A stretch of DNA of 64,000 bases from a virus. Below are positions 44,859 through 54,996 of this stretch, piece by piece. Numbering within the stretch: the first letter of the stretch is position 1; every line of letters starts with the position of its first letter. A program made the translations under genes and the position numbers. Location of the stretch: the IMG/VR virus record IMGVR_UViG_3300036817_000261, positions 1 through 64,000 of that record; one strand, 5' to 3'. The notes under the pieces were generated by a model. The model made no database searches. It was not told the origin of the DNA and saw only the letters and a program-made list of their open reading frames with translations.

Positions 44859-44887
44859 TTGACGCCACCCGGCCCCACTTCTAGGGT
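44859..44887 (+). promoter_or_regulatory. Leaderless sigma70-like promoter
   Basis: TTGACG-N17-TAGGGT-N7-ATG(44895), embedded in an ACGCCACCC/GGGTGGCGT inverted repeat. Confidence 0.55.
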
Positions 44888-44894
44888 GGCGTTC

Positions 44895-45164
44895 ATGCGT
44901 TCTGATTCTTTTACGAACGTCTCTTTTCCACACGAGAAAAGAGATCTTCTCCGAAGTGCCGTCGCGCACTACGAATTTGGCAATCCGACCAATTTCTTCC
45001 GAATCTGCGGGCTGCTTTTAATCGAAGCCTACGAACAGGAAGCCGCCCTGGACCGGCCCCTGGGATTCCGCAAGAACGGAGTGTCAATTGCTAAGCTTCA
45101 GCAGCTTTATGCTAAAGACAAAACCCAGAAAACAACCATCCATCCCAATGAAACGCAGGACTAG
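44895..45164 (+). CDS. Hypothetical protein
   Basis: ATG at the predicted transcription start. Confidence 0.55.
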   Translation: MRSDSFTNVSFPHEKRDLLRSAVAHYEFGNPTNFFRICGLLLIEAYEQEAALDRPLGFRKNGVSIAKLQQLYAKDKTQKTTIHPNETQD

Positions 45165-45672
45165 GCCTTCGAGGACCCAGCACCGGATGTTTAAAGGCAT
45201 CCCGGTCAGAGAAGCTCGCGCCTCAATCCACGTTCAACCCAACCAGAAAGACATTGACGGCGCAACCCAGGAGTCGCCGGTTAACTGCGCTTACGCCCGC
45301 TGTATCAGGCGCGTCCTCGACGCACCCAGTGTCTTCGTCTTTAAGACGATAGCCTACATCCAGACACTGGACGAAGCAGGCCAGCCACTCATGGAGCGTT
45401 ACACTGTCAAGAAGTACGCCCGCGAATACCTGATGCGGTTTGATCATGGAGAGAAAGTGCCGCCGGGCGGCTTTGTGTTTCACCGGCCTAACCGGTCGGT
45501 GACCTTGACCTATAAACAGAAACAAGGGGCAATCGCGCGCCAGGAAGGCAGATACTCGCCCAGGGTGAGCACAGGCCCCAAAGTCAAACAGCGACAATTC
45601 AGTATGCGTAACGGCAAAGGCTGCGTGCACCTTTTCGGAACGGAGGATCAGATTAAAATCTGGGCGACATGA
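45148..45672 (+). CDS. Hypothetical protein
   Basis: 174-aa ORF in TerL operon. Confidence 0.65.
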   Translation: MKRRTRPSRTQHRMFKGIPVREARASIHVQPNQKDIDGATQESPVNCAYARCIRRVLDAPSVFVFKTIAYIQTLDEAGQPLMERYTVKKYAREYLMRFDHGEKVPPGGFVFHRPNRSVTLTYKQKQGAIARQEGRYSPRVSTGPKVKQRQFSMRNGKGCVHLFGTEDQIKIWAT

Positions 45673-45980
45673 GCACTAAAAAGTCTCCTTTTGACGATCT
45701 GGATGAGGACATGAAAAAGATGACAATCGATGTCGCCGTGATGCTGACCGCACTGGCCCAACGATTGCCACCGGCCAGCGAAAAGCTTCACCAGTTAGTG
45801 AGTGAGCATTTCACTAGGACCTACAATCTGCCTAACAGCGCGAAGTATGCGTTGCGCCACGCACTGGATCAGCTATGGGGGTCTGACTGGGAAGCCACCG
45901 TCTCAAAACGCGGACTGCGGCTAATCACCAGATTCGAGCCCATGCAAGGTGGAAACGGAGAAGCCAAGATCATCAAATGA
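45669..45980 (+). CDS. Hypothetical protein
   Basis: ATGA overlaps on both sides. Confidence 0.6.
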   Translation: MSTKKSPFDDLDEDMKKMTIDVAVMLTALAQRLPPASEKLHQLVSEHFTRTYNLPNSAKYALRHALDQLWGSDWEATVSKRGLRLITRFEPMQGGNGEAKIIK

Positions 45981-46318
45981 GCAGGTTGGCCCAAGGGCTA
46001 AAACTCACTATCGATCTGGAATTCGGCTCAAATCGACAATGGCTGAGTCTCACGCTGGAGGACGAGATGAATCTGACACGAGCGCAGGTCAACTGCCCGG
46101 TTCTGTGCACGACGCTGGACCGAGCATATCATCTGCGGGAGGGCCTAGTGATCGGGATGCGCCGCCTGATGCAGGAAGCTTTCGATCAGGATTTGATCTC
46201 CGACTACCCTGGCGAGTTGATGACAGTCTGGAAACAACCGCAAGAGCTTCAGGAGCCTACACTCAGCACTTTGTTGGACGAGTCTATCCCATCCTTGACC
46301 GATCTGGGATCGCTATAG
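45977..46318 (+). CDS. Hypothetical protein
   Basis: ATGA overlap. Confidence 0.5.
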   Translation: MSRLAQGLKLTIDLEFGSNRQWLSLTLEDEMNLTRAQVNCPVLCTTLDRAYHLREGLVIGMRRLMQEAFDQDLISDYPGELMTVWKQPQELQEPTLSTLLDESIPSLTDLGSL

Positions 46319-46366
46319 CTCTTTTTTCTAATCTCAAGTTCGCCTATTTCGTGGTAGAGCTTGCCA

Positions 46367-48178
46367 ATGGATTTGGTGCAGTTTCGTCGCGACTGCGGTG
46401 AAGGGACCGATGAAGAGTTAGTTAAAGCAGTCTATCAGGTCGACGCCACTGTCCAGAGCCCGGACCAAGCCAAGAGCTGGATCTGGGCTCTGATTAAGCG
46501 GCTCCTAGAAACTGAGCGCTACGGTGCCGCCGGAATGATTCTTTGGGGTGGGGCCCTCTTTAATTACGGGCCTGGGGCCGTCAGACAGCTGATCCAAAAA
46601 GTTCGCACCACCCAGAATTTGATCGTTCTGGGTGGTGCTGCTTTAGGGAAAACCTACACGCTCATTTGCTACCTTTTACTGGACTGGATCCGTGACCCAG
46701 AATACACCGAAATCAAAATCATCTCGACGACCGGCGGGCATGCGAAGAGTCAGAGTTTCTCGACGCTGCAACGTCTTTACCAAAACGCGATCGTCCCACT
46801 TCCGGGGCTGGCCATGGATATGTTTGTCGGCCTTAACCCTAAGGACAGACACTCCGCGATCACCCTCGTGGCAATCCCACAGGGCGAAGATGGTAAAGGT
46901 GTTCTCCAAGGTTTTCACCCAGTCCCCAGAAGCCGCGTTCATCCGACCTTCGGAGCTATGTCGCGCATCCGGGCGCTTCTGGACGAGGCGGAGGAAATTC
47001 CTTCAGGCGTATGGGAAGGCGTGGCAAATCTTCTCGCGAGTGCCTGGGGCGCTGAAGCAGTCAAGGTCTGCTGTGCTACCAACCCGCGAGACGTCACGAG
47101 CAAGCTCGCGCAACTGGCGGAGCCACCACAGGGCTGGACGCAGGTCGACCTCGACAAGGATAAGGAATGGTACTCGAGCGAAAGGTGGAACGTACTACGA
47201 CTCGATGGGGCTGATTGCGAAAACGTCCAAGAACGGCAGTTAGTTTTCCCCGGCTTCCTCACCTGGGACGGTTATCAGACCTATGCTCTGGAGCTAGGCG
47301 GCCAGTCGCCCCGCTACCTGACTTTCGGGCGCGGCATGTATCCGCTCTCGGCCTTCCAGAACACGCTGATTCCCTACTCGCTCTTAGAGCCGGTTATCGG
47401 CCAATTCCTTTTCGATGGGCGCACGGTGGGAGCCGCCGGGATCGATCTGGCGAGCGAAGGTGGGGACCGGATTATTCTGGTAGTCGGCAAATACGGGCGA
47501 GCGGTCGGGTTCACTCCTTTGCGCGGCGTTCCCATCATGTTTAAGAAGCCGCGTTACGTGGTCCAGATCGATCAGTACTATGAAATGCCAAAGGAGAAAA
47601 CGATAGCACTTGCTACCAGCCTGGAAGTTAGGTGCAAAGGTCTCAATATCCATCCTGACTGGATCACGGTCGACCGCACCGGAGTCGGGACCGGTGTTCA
47701 CGATGCCATGTGCGAACAGTGGAGCGGCACTATCCGGGGAATTATGTGGGGTGCTGAATCGGGCGCGCGCAAGCTCCTGGCTGATGACCACGATTTCTCG
47801 GTTGAGATCTATGACGGGATCACGACCGAGATGCATATGCGGGTGCGCAAGTATCTCGAGTTTGGCCTCATGTGTATCCATCCCCAGGTGCAGACCACCC
47901 AGCTATTCAAGGAACTCTCCAGCCGCCGCTTCCAGCCTTCCGGCAAAGGCCCATCGGGCAAACCGCGCATTCGTCTTGAGCCCAAGAAAGAGTTTAAAAA
48001 GCGGCTGGGCTGGTCGCCGGACATCGGCGACGGGTTAGTGCAGTTAGTTCATGGCTGCGCGTTAAACGGCCCGGAGAAGGCCTCTATGATTGGAAACAAA
48101 CGCCCGGCGCTTTTGCCGGATTCCAACATCGGCCCGCGCGAACGCACGGCTTACATCGACTTCAGTCAGGATCTCTAG
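46367..48178 (+). CDS. terL: Terminase large subunit
   Basis: Walker A GGAALGKT, Walker B LLDEAEE, coupling motif TNP, nuclease GIDLA / VDRTGVG / SPDIGD. Confidence 0.92.
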   Translation: MDLVQFRRDCGEGTDEELVKAVYQVDATVQSPDQAKSWIWALIKRLLETERYGAAGMILWGGALFNYGPGAVRQLIQKVRTTQNLIVLGGAALGKTYTLICYLLLDWIRDPEYTEIKIISTTGGHAKSQSFSTLQRLYQNAIVPLPGLAMDMFVGLNPKDRHSAITLVAIPQGEDGKGVLQGFHPVPRSRVHPTFGAMSRIRALLDEAEEIPSGVWEGVANLLASAWGAEAVKVCCATNPRDVTSKLAQLAEPPQGWTQVDLDKDKEWYSSERWNVLRLDGADCENVQERQLVFPGFLTWDGYQTYALELGGQSPRYLTFGRGMYPLSAFQNTLIPYSLLEPVIGQFLFDGRTVGAAGIDLASEGGDRIILVVGKYGRAVGFTPLRGVPIMFKKPRYVVQIDQYYEMPKEKTIALATSLEVRCKGLNIHPDWITVDRTGVGTGVHDAMCEQWSGTIRGIMWGAESGARKLLADDHDFSVEIYDGITTEMHMRVRKYLEFGLMCIHPQVQTTQLFKELSSRRFQPSGKGPSGKPRIRLEPKKEFKKRLGWSPDIGDGLVQLVHGCALNGPEKASMIGNKRPALLPDSNIGPRERTAYIDFSQDL

Positions 48179-48243
48179 TCTAGACTTGACCTGCCCTTTG
48201 GGCGTATAGATCTCGCTATTGGCGTTTCTTGCACACCCATAGA

Positions 48244-48534
48244 ATGAGATCCATCCCAGCTTTCAGTAAAAAATCTTCACCGGGCCCCACAGTTGGCGGC
48301 AACGGTCAGCGCAGTGGTTTCACTGAGCACGTAAAATCAACTAACGCGGGCAAAAAGAAGGCAGTCCCGCACATGGCGGCGACCTATCCAACCGCCTCGA
48401 CCTTGAACCGCACGACCGGTCGATCGAAAGCCCCTGCCTTTAACAACGAGCATTCCGGCAAAGCGGCTAAGAGTGTTGCGGCCTTTTCTCACAAATCAGT
48501 CAAGGGAACTCCCAAAAGAACTCCTGGCCATTAA
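48244..48534 (+). CDS. Small basic protein
   Basis: Lys/Ser-rich; TAATG overlap with next gene. Confidence 0.6.
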   Translation: MRSIPAFSKKSSPGPTVGGNGQRSGFTEHVKSTNAGKKKAVPHMAATYPTASTLNRTTGRSKAPAFNNEHSGKAAKSVAAFSHKSVKGTPKRTPGH

Positions 48535-49169
48535 TGGCAGTTGAATATGGTATTGTTACCAGCGTGGTCCCGCCCGGTGGCTGGCACTACGTGCAGCGGT
48601 TAGCAAGCGGTCAGGATCATAAGATCATTGGATTTAGCTTTGAACAGTTAATCGAAAACATTCTCGATTTCCGCAGACGGCACCTCGAATGGTGCGGAGC
48701 GGAAAATGCTAACGTCGAAGCCGTCCGAGCTGACTTAAAGGCTTACTACTGCGCGAACTTCCGGCAAAATTGCGCAGACTCCCACCCGGCACCGCAAAAG
48801 GCGCTGGGGATCGCTATTAACCGGCGCGACCAACCTCGCCCCATTGACCGGGCTGGTAACTGGTTAGCCGAAGTGGCTGGCTCCAAGCACGAGTTTCTCG
48901 ACTCAGGGCTGGCCGGTCATCGTGCGCAGATCTGCGCCCAGTGCACCTTCAATATCCGCTGGGAAACACCGTGTGCCCCTTGCAACGAAACCATTCAGGT
49001 CCGGTTGCAGAACTTCCTTGGTAACCTGCGAACGCCTCTGGATCGCCAGCTGCACATGTGCCGCGTCTATGGCCATGTGAACAGCGCGGCAGTCTGGATG
49101 CAGAACACTCAATCTCACGCTTCTTATCCCCCTCCAGCGCATTGCTGGAAGCAACAAAATGGCCAGTGA
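48534..49169 (+). CDS. Cys-rich protein between TerL and portal
   Basis: PPGGW; ICAQC, CAPC, C..G, HCW. Confidence 0.75.
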   Translation: MAVEYGIVTSVVPPGGWHYVQRLASGQDHKIIGFSFEQLIENILDFRRRHLEWCGAENANVEAVRADLKAYYCANFRQNCADSHPAPQKALGIAINRRDQPRPIDRAGNWLAEVAGSKHEFLDSGLAGHRAQICAQCTFNIRWETPCAPCNETIQVRLQNFLGNLRTPLDRQLHMCRVYGHVNSAAVWMQNTQSHASYPPPAHCWKQQNGQ

Positions 49170-51639
49170 TAACGTTACCGAATCTTTTGGAGGGGAGCAG
49201 TTAGGCCGCTTTAACACCCCCCGTTTTGGAGAGAACTCCACAGAGGTCGTAAATAAGCCGATCGCGACCGCTCAGCAGGCTTTCGAGGTCTTCCAGCGGC
49301 TCCAGCGCGACAATCAGGCAAGGGCCAACCGCAACAAGTTGATCAGCGACCAGTACAACGGAGCGACTCCCTTTGATCAGAAAAAGCTGGATGCCAACGC
49401 ACAGGGCTGGCGTGCGAATTTCTCCACTCTGGTACTGTCGACATTTGTTGACCGTGTCACACCACGGCTGACCGATGCCGTGCACGGTATGAAATACCTG
49501 ACGGCGAGCCAGCTGCCCGACTCTTTCATCAACGCGACCAATAAAACAGAAAAATTCCGAGAGCGGACGACTGAGCAGCTTAGAAGCTGGAACGGCTGGG
49601 TCGACTATGTCGAGCAGGTAGCGACCGAGAACGTGCTTTACGGTTACACCGCAGGAGTCCAGATGGACGAATTCGAGTGGAGGCCGCAGACCTTCCGCCA
49701 GGAGGACACGCTTTTCGATGAACAAGCTCCGCAGTTGGCGGAGAAGCTGCCGGTCTTTGTGGTCAAAGCTAATTATTACATCCACGAAGCGTGCGCGATA
49801 ATTGAAGACGCCGACTCGGCAGAGAAAGCCGGTTACAACGTCAGTAATATTAAGGCCGCTATCGAAAAAGCTGCGCCACCTTACGATTCGTTTGTCTATA
49901 ACCCCCGGCAGCTCAGTGACATGGTCCGCGAAGGGAATTTGTACTATTCCTTCCATCGTTCGAGCAAGATGATTGAGACAGCTCACGTCTTTGTCAAGTG
50001 CTATGACAACACAGTTGACCATTTTTGGGTGAACCGGAACGGCAGCAAGCGCTCTAATTCTAACCGCTCCAAGCCCATGGAGAAGAGCCCCTCCCAGACT
50101 GAGACCGTACCGGGCGAGCCCCGGCCCATGGAGCAGGATCCTTACGAGCTGGGCTACTTCGAAGCCGTGGCTGAAGCGATGGATGATGTGATCACCCTTT
50201 TCAGTTTCCAGGCGGGCAATAACAGACTTTTTGGTAGTAAGGGAATCGGGCGGTTGCTCTACAACATCAGCTTGGCGCTAGAGAAAGCGCGCATGAGTTT
50301 TATCGATGCGATGTACATCTCAGGGCTCTTGGTCGGCCAAGCCGAGGAGTCAATTATCGGGCGGCTCCAGCCCCATGTGCGCTCGCCTTTCTTGATTATC
50401 CCAGAAGGCTTTTCGCTGCTGATGCAGCAGTTCCGGGTCGACATCAATAACTGGCTGGGCCTGGATCAGAAGCTCTCCAACACGGCAGAAATTATTGCCG
50501 GAGCCTTCCTGCCTCAACAACAGCAGATCTCTAACAATGGTCAGCAGGTGCAAACTGCTACCCAGAGTTCGATTGACGTAGTCAAAGAGGAAGAAGTTAA
50601 AGACGGGATGATGAACCGGTGGTGGGTCCAGTTCACGCGCGGGGTCAGCTCCATGCAGCGCCGGATCTATTCCAAGACCAATTTGCGCGCCGCCATGAAA
50701 CAGCGCAAAGCGCGCCTGAAGTCCACCGATACCGGTAAGACCATCATTTTCAGTGACCTCTACGACATGATGATGTCGGTTGACGATGACACTAAAAAAC
50801 AATTTGATAGGGCCCCGGATTTAGGGGACGCCGATCAGGCAAGCGTCGAGACCATCATACAGCTTATGGACGATGGGCTTTCGATCCAAGAGATTATCAT
50901 CCTGGCGCACGAACCGGCCACCCAGTTTACGCAGCACGCTGGAAGAGACGACGACATGATGTTCATGCAGTTCTATCAGTTGGCCAAAGGCAATCCCAAC
51001 TTCGATCAGTCGAAGTTAGACGAGCAGGCCGCAAACCGGATGATCGGCTTCCAGAACGCGAAAGAACTCTATGTGCCCCAGCCGGGGCAGACCACTGACA
51101 TCGAAGCTCAGCGTAACCAGCAGATGGAATGGGCAACCATGTTAGGATCCGGTATCGGAGTCCAAGTAAGCCAGCGCGACCCGCATATGCAGCATTTCCA
51201 GACCATTGTTCCGGCAGTCGCTGACCATCTCAAGATCGCAAGCCAGATGCCGCCGGTTCAGGTGCCTAAGGACCTCCTCAACGCCTGCAAATTGGGCGCG
51301 ACGCACGCCGAGGCCCACCTCCAGGCGATGATGCAATCGGGGGCGAATGAGCGCCAGCTTAAACCTCAGATCCTGCAAATGAAGGATCTGGAGAAAATGT
51401 ACAATGAGTTAAACCAAAAGATTATGCAGGCCGAGCAGATGGCCGCACAGATGCAGGCAATGGCGCAGCAAAACGCCGGAGTGGCCGGAATGGGAGCACC
51501 CCCACAACAGCCGCCAATGGGCCCCAGCGGGCCGATGGGGATCCCCCTGGGTGGAAATGCTGCCGGGATGGGATTAGGAGCTGGAGGAGGCGCTAATGGC
51601 GCTAGCGGCATGCCTATGGCGGCGGGAGGAGGACAATGA
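49159..51639 (+). CDS. Portal protein (putative)
   Basis: 826 aa after TerL; GIGRLLY and QTATQ patterns; Q/M/G-rich tail typical of podovirus portals. Confidence 0.75.
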   Translation: MASDNVTESFGGEQLGRFNTPRFGENSTEVVNKPIATAQQAFEVFQRLQRDNQARANRNKLISDQYNGATPFDQKKLDANAQGWRANFSTLVLSTFVDRVTPRLTDAVHGMKYLTASQLPDSFINATNKTEKFRERTTEQLRSWNGWVDYVEQVATENVLYGYTAGVQMDEFEWRPQTFRQEDTLFDEQAPQLAEKLPVFVVKANYYIHEACAIIEDADSAEKAGYNVSNIKAAIEKAAPPYDSFVYNPRQLSDMVREGNLYYSFHRSSKMIETAHVFVKCYDNTVDHFWVNRNGSKRSNSNRSKPMEKSPSQTETVPGEPRPMEQDPYELGYFEAVAEAMDDVITLFSFQAGNNRLFGSKGIGRLLYNISLALEKARMSFIDAMYISGLLVGQAEESIIGRLQPHVRSPFLIIPEGFSLLMQQFRVDINNWLGLDQKLSNTAEIIAGAFLPQQQQISNNGQQVQTATQSSIDVVKEEEVKDGMMNRWWVQFTRGVSSMQRRIYSKTNLRAAMKQRKARLKSTDTGKTIIFSDLYDMMMSVDDDTKKQFDRAPDLGDADQASVETIIQLMDDGLSIQEIIILAHEPATQFTQHAGRDDDMMFMQFYQLAKGNPNFDQSKLDEQAANRMIGFQNAKELYVPQPGQTTDIEAQRNQQMEWATMLGSGIGVQVSQRDPHMQHFQTIVPAVADHLKIASQMPPVQVPKDLLNACKLGATHAEAHLQAMMQSGANERQLKPQILQMKDLEKMYNELNQKIMQAEQMAAQMQAMAQQNAGVAGMGAPPQQPPMGPSGPMGIPLGGNAAGMGLGAGGGANGASGMPMAAGGGQ

Positions 51640-51896
51640 TCCCTCCGATGTGGACGGCCAGCGATGCCGCCGCTATCAACGATTTCCTGAATTCCAGACA
51701 AGGAATCCGGTGGTTAGCCGCCTTGATGACGATGAAACCCAAAGTCGACATCACCAAAGGCACCGAGATCGGAGCGATGAGCGGGGCTTACGTCGCCGGA
51801 TATGAGCACCTCCTTAATGAGGTCATCCCTAGCACTCGTGCGGTCAGAACCGAAGAGACCACGAGTTTGAAACCGATAGACATGACGAGAGATTAG
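51636..51896 (+). CDS. Small protein downstream of portal
   Basis: W..D..FL.S..G pattern; ATGA overlap. Confidence 0.7.
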   Translation: MIPPMWTASDAAAINDFLNSRQGIRWLAALMTMKPKVDITKGTEIGAMSGAYVAGYEHLLNEVIPSTRAVRTEETTSLKPIDMTRD

Positions 51897-51898
51897 CT

Positions 51899-53209
51899 AT
51901 GGCTGATGACGCACCAATTTCCACCACGGTCCCTGAGACAGTAACGGTCGATCTCGGGGTTGATAAAGGCCAGTTGGGGGACCTCAATAAATCCTTTTCA
52001 GACTTCTGGGGTGAACAAGACACGGGCGAAGCCGCGCCTCCGGTTAAAGAAGCAGCTCCGGCGGCTCCGGCAGCGCCAGAAACGCCAACTAAAGAGGTCA
52101 CACCGCAAGAGGAAGTTTCGCCAAAGGAGACCGTACCGGCCACAGGAACAGCCCCAGAACCGGTGGACATCGATAAGCTCGAGTTGACCGGCACTTACAC
52201 GCCCAGGCCCGAGCACGCTGAGCAGTTTAAAAAGATCAAGGAACTGTGGAAGACTGACCAGCGCAGGGCTAATGAGGCCTTGCAGAAGGCCCAGGCGATG
52301 GAGCAGGAGTTGGCCCAGGCGCGCCAGAACAGCTGGACGCCGGAGACTCGAGCAGATTATGAGAATGCGGTCCAGATCCGCCGCCGGTTCGACTTCATGT
52401 CGGACCCGGAATTCCTGAAGCAATTCCACACGCCGGTTCGGAGTCAGTTTGAACGGATCTTAGATGATGCGGTCAATGTCTTGCCCGACAGAGCCGCCGC
52501 TCAACAGTGGGCTCAGCACATCAAAGCCAACTTCGGGCCGGACGCAGTCAACCGGGACTGGTGGCTTAACAGTGTAGTGGCCAAGGTGCCCAATGAGCTA
52601 GACAGGACTACTCTTCTTAATTCGGTTAGTAAACTCTTAGACCTGCAGAAGGACCGGGATAGCGAGATCACCCGGCGCACCAACGACAAAGCCAGCTTCG
52701 ACAACTGGATTAACGAGAAGTCCCAACGAACGGCCCAGCAGGTCGAATCTGAGATCATGGCTGAGATCGGCGAACAGGAAAAACGGATCTCCCAAGTGAT
52801 GCCGGTCGATGTTAGTCAAGCCAAGACCAGCGAAGAGCGCGCCGCCATGGAGGCGCATAACGCCCGATTTCAGAAGCTCAACGATTTCTTTGTTTCTCAG
52901 GTTAAAGATATTTCCCAGCACGGCCCGCGCGCCTGGGTGCGGGTGGCAGTCGAGGCGACCCGGAGCCAGATCATGAATGAGCAGATAATCAACTTAGAGA
53001 AAGAAAACAAGGAACTCAAAGCCGAGCGCGATCAGTACAAAACTGACTTAGAGAAAATCACCGGGGCCCGGCGCAAGCTCGCGCAGACCACCCACACCCA
53101 AGCTTCCGGGGAGCCCAAGAAAAATGGGCAAGGGCTCAGTATCAAAGATCTCGGAGACCCCCGTAAATCCATGCAGAATTTCTGGGACGAGGTCGATAAG
53201 AACACATGA
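51899..53209 (+). CDS. Scaffolding protein (putative)
   Basis: Acidic Pro-rich N-terminus, coiled coils, position between portal and capsid. Confidence 0.65.
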   Translation: MADDAPISTTVPETVTVDLGVDKGQLGDLNKSFSDFWGEQDTGEAAPPVKEAAPAAPAAPETPTKEVTPQEEVSPKETVPATGTAPEPVDIDKLELTGTYTPRPEHAEQFKKIKELWKTDQRRANEALQKAQAMEQELAQARQNSWTPETRADYENAVQIRRRFDFMSDPEFLKQFHTPVRSQFERILDDAVNVLPDRAAAQQWAQHIKANFGPDAVNRDWWLNSVVAKVPNELDRTTLLNSVSKLLDLQKDRDSEITRRTNDKASFDNWINEKSQRTAQQVESEIMAEIGEQEKRISQVMPVDVSQAKTSEERAAMEAHNARFQKLNDFFVSQVKDISQHGPRAWVRVAVEATRSQIMNEQIINLEKENKELKAERDQYKTDLEKITGARRKLAQTTHTQASGEPKKNGQGLSIKDLGDPRKSMQNFWDEVDKNT

Positions 53210-53644
53210 ATATCGCTGATCTTCCCCCACAGATCCGGTCCAAGATCCTAGTTGACGATTGTTGGATCTGGAACGGCGGAGTCACCCCCAAACGGTTACG
53301 GAAAGATTAAATGGAAACGTCGATCACTTGGTCTCCATCGAGTGGTCTATGAACTGTTGGTAAGTCCAATACCACAAGGAAAATTATTGCATCACAAATG
53401 TCGGAATCGACGTTGCTGTAATCCCGAACACTTAGAGGTCCTGACCCCGCTTGAGCATCAGCATCTTGAGGGATCACGCAGGAATATCGAAAAAAGCAGT
53501 TGCCTTCTAGGTCATCCTTTCGATCAGGAAAACACTTACTTTTACCGTGGCAAAAGAGAGTGTCGCAGTTGCCGCAGACAAGCAAACCGACGCTACGGAG
53601 AGAGGAAGAAACAATGCCAATTAATACGGATGCCGCAGCTATAG
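53206..53644 (+). pseudogene. Frameshifted HNH homing endonuclease
   Basis: CWIWNG in one frame; NGYG..HRVVY..HHKCRNRRCCNPEHL in the +1 frame; junction at C5 run 53285-53289. Confidence 0.75.
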
Positions 53645-54996
53645 AAGCCAAATATGGTGGCAAGACCGGCCCAGTCCAGTCGCCTCCGACCGCAGAATTT
53701 TATTATCCCGGTAGTGGAGAACCACCGCCAAAGGGGGCGGGTACGCACCAGATCCCGCAGGGAACGCCAGTTCCTGAAGGCAAATACGTCAGCCAAGTGG
53801 TCGGTCGCGGCATGCAAGTCATGCCTCCGCAGCAATACCAGCCTAACCAGCCCCAGATCGCCATAGTGCCGCCCCAGCCAACTAACCGGACTTCCCTTGG
53901 CACCATCGTTGAACCCCTTCCCCAGATGGTGATTCCGACTAACACCAATCCCATGGTTGCGGCAGAACCGGAGCCGCCAAAAGAGCAAGTAAAGCAGCCT
54001 GCGCCAAAGCCAGAGCGTAAGCTCGATCTGGCCAAGGAGATCTGTGACCACATCTGGGAAATGGGCGGGGAGAAAAGCGACGAAGCCCAAAAGTTCTACG
54101 AGCGTTCGAGTACGACCTTAAAGAATTGGATGGCCAATCCAGCCACGATCCCATTGGGTGCCGTCCTCAAATTCATGCACCGCACGCCGGGCATTAAGGA
54201 GGCGATCCTTGAAGAGCTCGAGCCCCACTTTGAGGCCAATGGCCAGGACAATTGGGTGACGAGCGCCCCTAACCGGACCAAGACCAATGTGATGATTTGC
54301 TCTGCCGTGCTCGACCGGCCAACGCTGCCCTTCACGACGGTCCTGGGCTATCTCACTAAGAAGTACGAACTGGGGTTCACCTTCCAGGCCGACACGATGA
54401 TTCACCGGTCGCGGAACATGCTAGCAAAACGTTTTTTAGATTCGGGCTGCTTATGGAGTCTGTGGATCGATGCCGACATTGCTCCCCCAATTGCTAACCC
54501 AGACTGGTATCGCTGGATAACCAACTGCACTACTGTGCCGCAGGAGTACTGTGGTTATGATGTGCTGGCACGTATGCTTGGGCAGTCCAAGGCCGTTCTG
54601 GGCGGCGTCTATGCCAGCCGCCGCTGGCATGGTGCGCTCGTGGTACAGCCTGAAATCAATCCGCGCACACACGAAGATAAACTGTTGTGTAACGAGATCC
54701 GGCGCGGCACAGCACGCGGCTTGGCTGAGGTTGATTGGATAGGATTTGGTTGTGCTCTGGTCCATCGGGAAGTCTTCTTGGAAGTGCAGCGTAACTTTCC
54801 GCAGCTGGCTCCGCAAACTGAACAGGCTCCCTGGCGCTATTTCCAGCCCGAAGGCGACGAAGGCGAAGATGAGGCTTTCTGCCGCCGGGTGCGGGCATGC
54901 GGGATCCCGATCTGGTTAGATACGCAGCTCATTTGTGGCCACATCGGTTCAATGGCTTTCTTGCCGGAACACACCAACCCAGTCCTTGCCTTATGA
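53614..54996 (+). CDS. GT-A (GT2-like) glycosyltransferase with Pro-rich/HTH-like N-terminus
   Basis: RSRN..WIDAD..GFGCALVHREVF..GEDEAFC..CGHIG. Confidence 0.85.
   Translation: MPINTDAAAIEAKYGGKTGPVQSPPTAEFYYPGSGEPPPKGAGTHQIPQGTPVPEGKYVSQVVGRGMQVMPPQQYQPNQPQIAIVPPQPTNRTSLGTIVEPLPQMVIPTNTNPMVAAEPEPPKEQVKQPAPKPERKLDLAKEICDHIWEMGGEKSDEAQKFYERSSTTLKNWMANPATIPLGAVLKFMHRTPGIKEAILEELEPHFEANGQDNWVTSAPNRTKTNVMICSAVLDRPTLPFTTVLGYLTKKYELGFTFQADTMIHRSRNMLAKRFLDSGCLWSLWIDADIAPPIANPDWYRWITNCTTVPQEYCGYDVLARMLGQSKAVLGGVYASRRWHGALVVQPEINPRTHEDKLLCNEIRRGTARGLAEVDWIGFGCALVHREVFLEVQRNFPQLAPQTEQAPWRYFQPEGDEGEDEAFCRRVRACGIPIWLDTQLICGHIGSMAFLPEHTNPVLAL

Noticed and set aside
49201-50022. 273-aa minus-strand ORF and similar antisense ORFs within the helicase, DUF932, TerL and giant genes
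   Set aside because: Expected shadows of GC-rich codon usage; no motifs.
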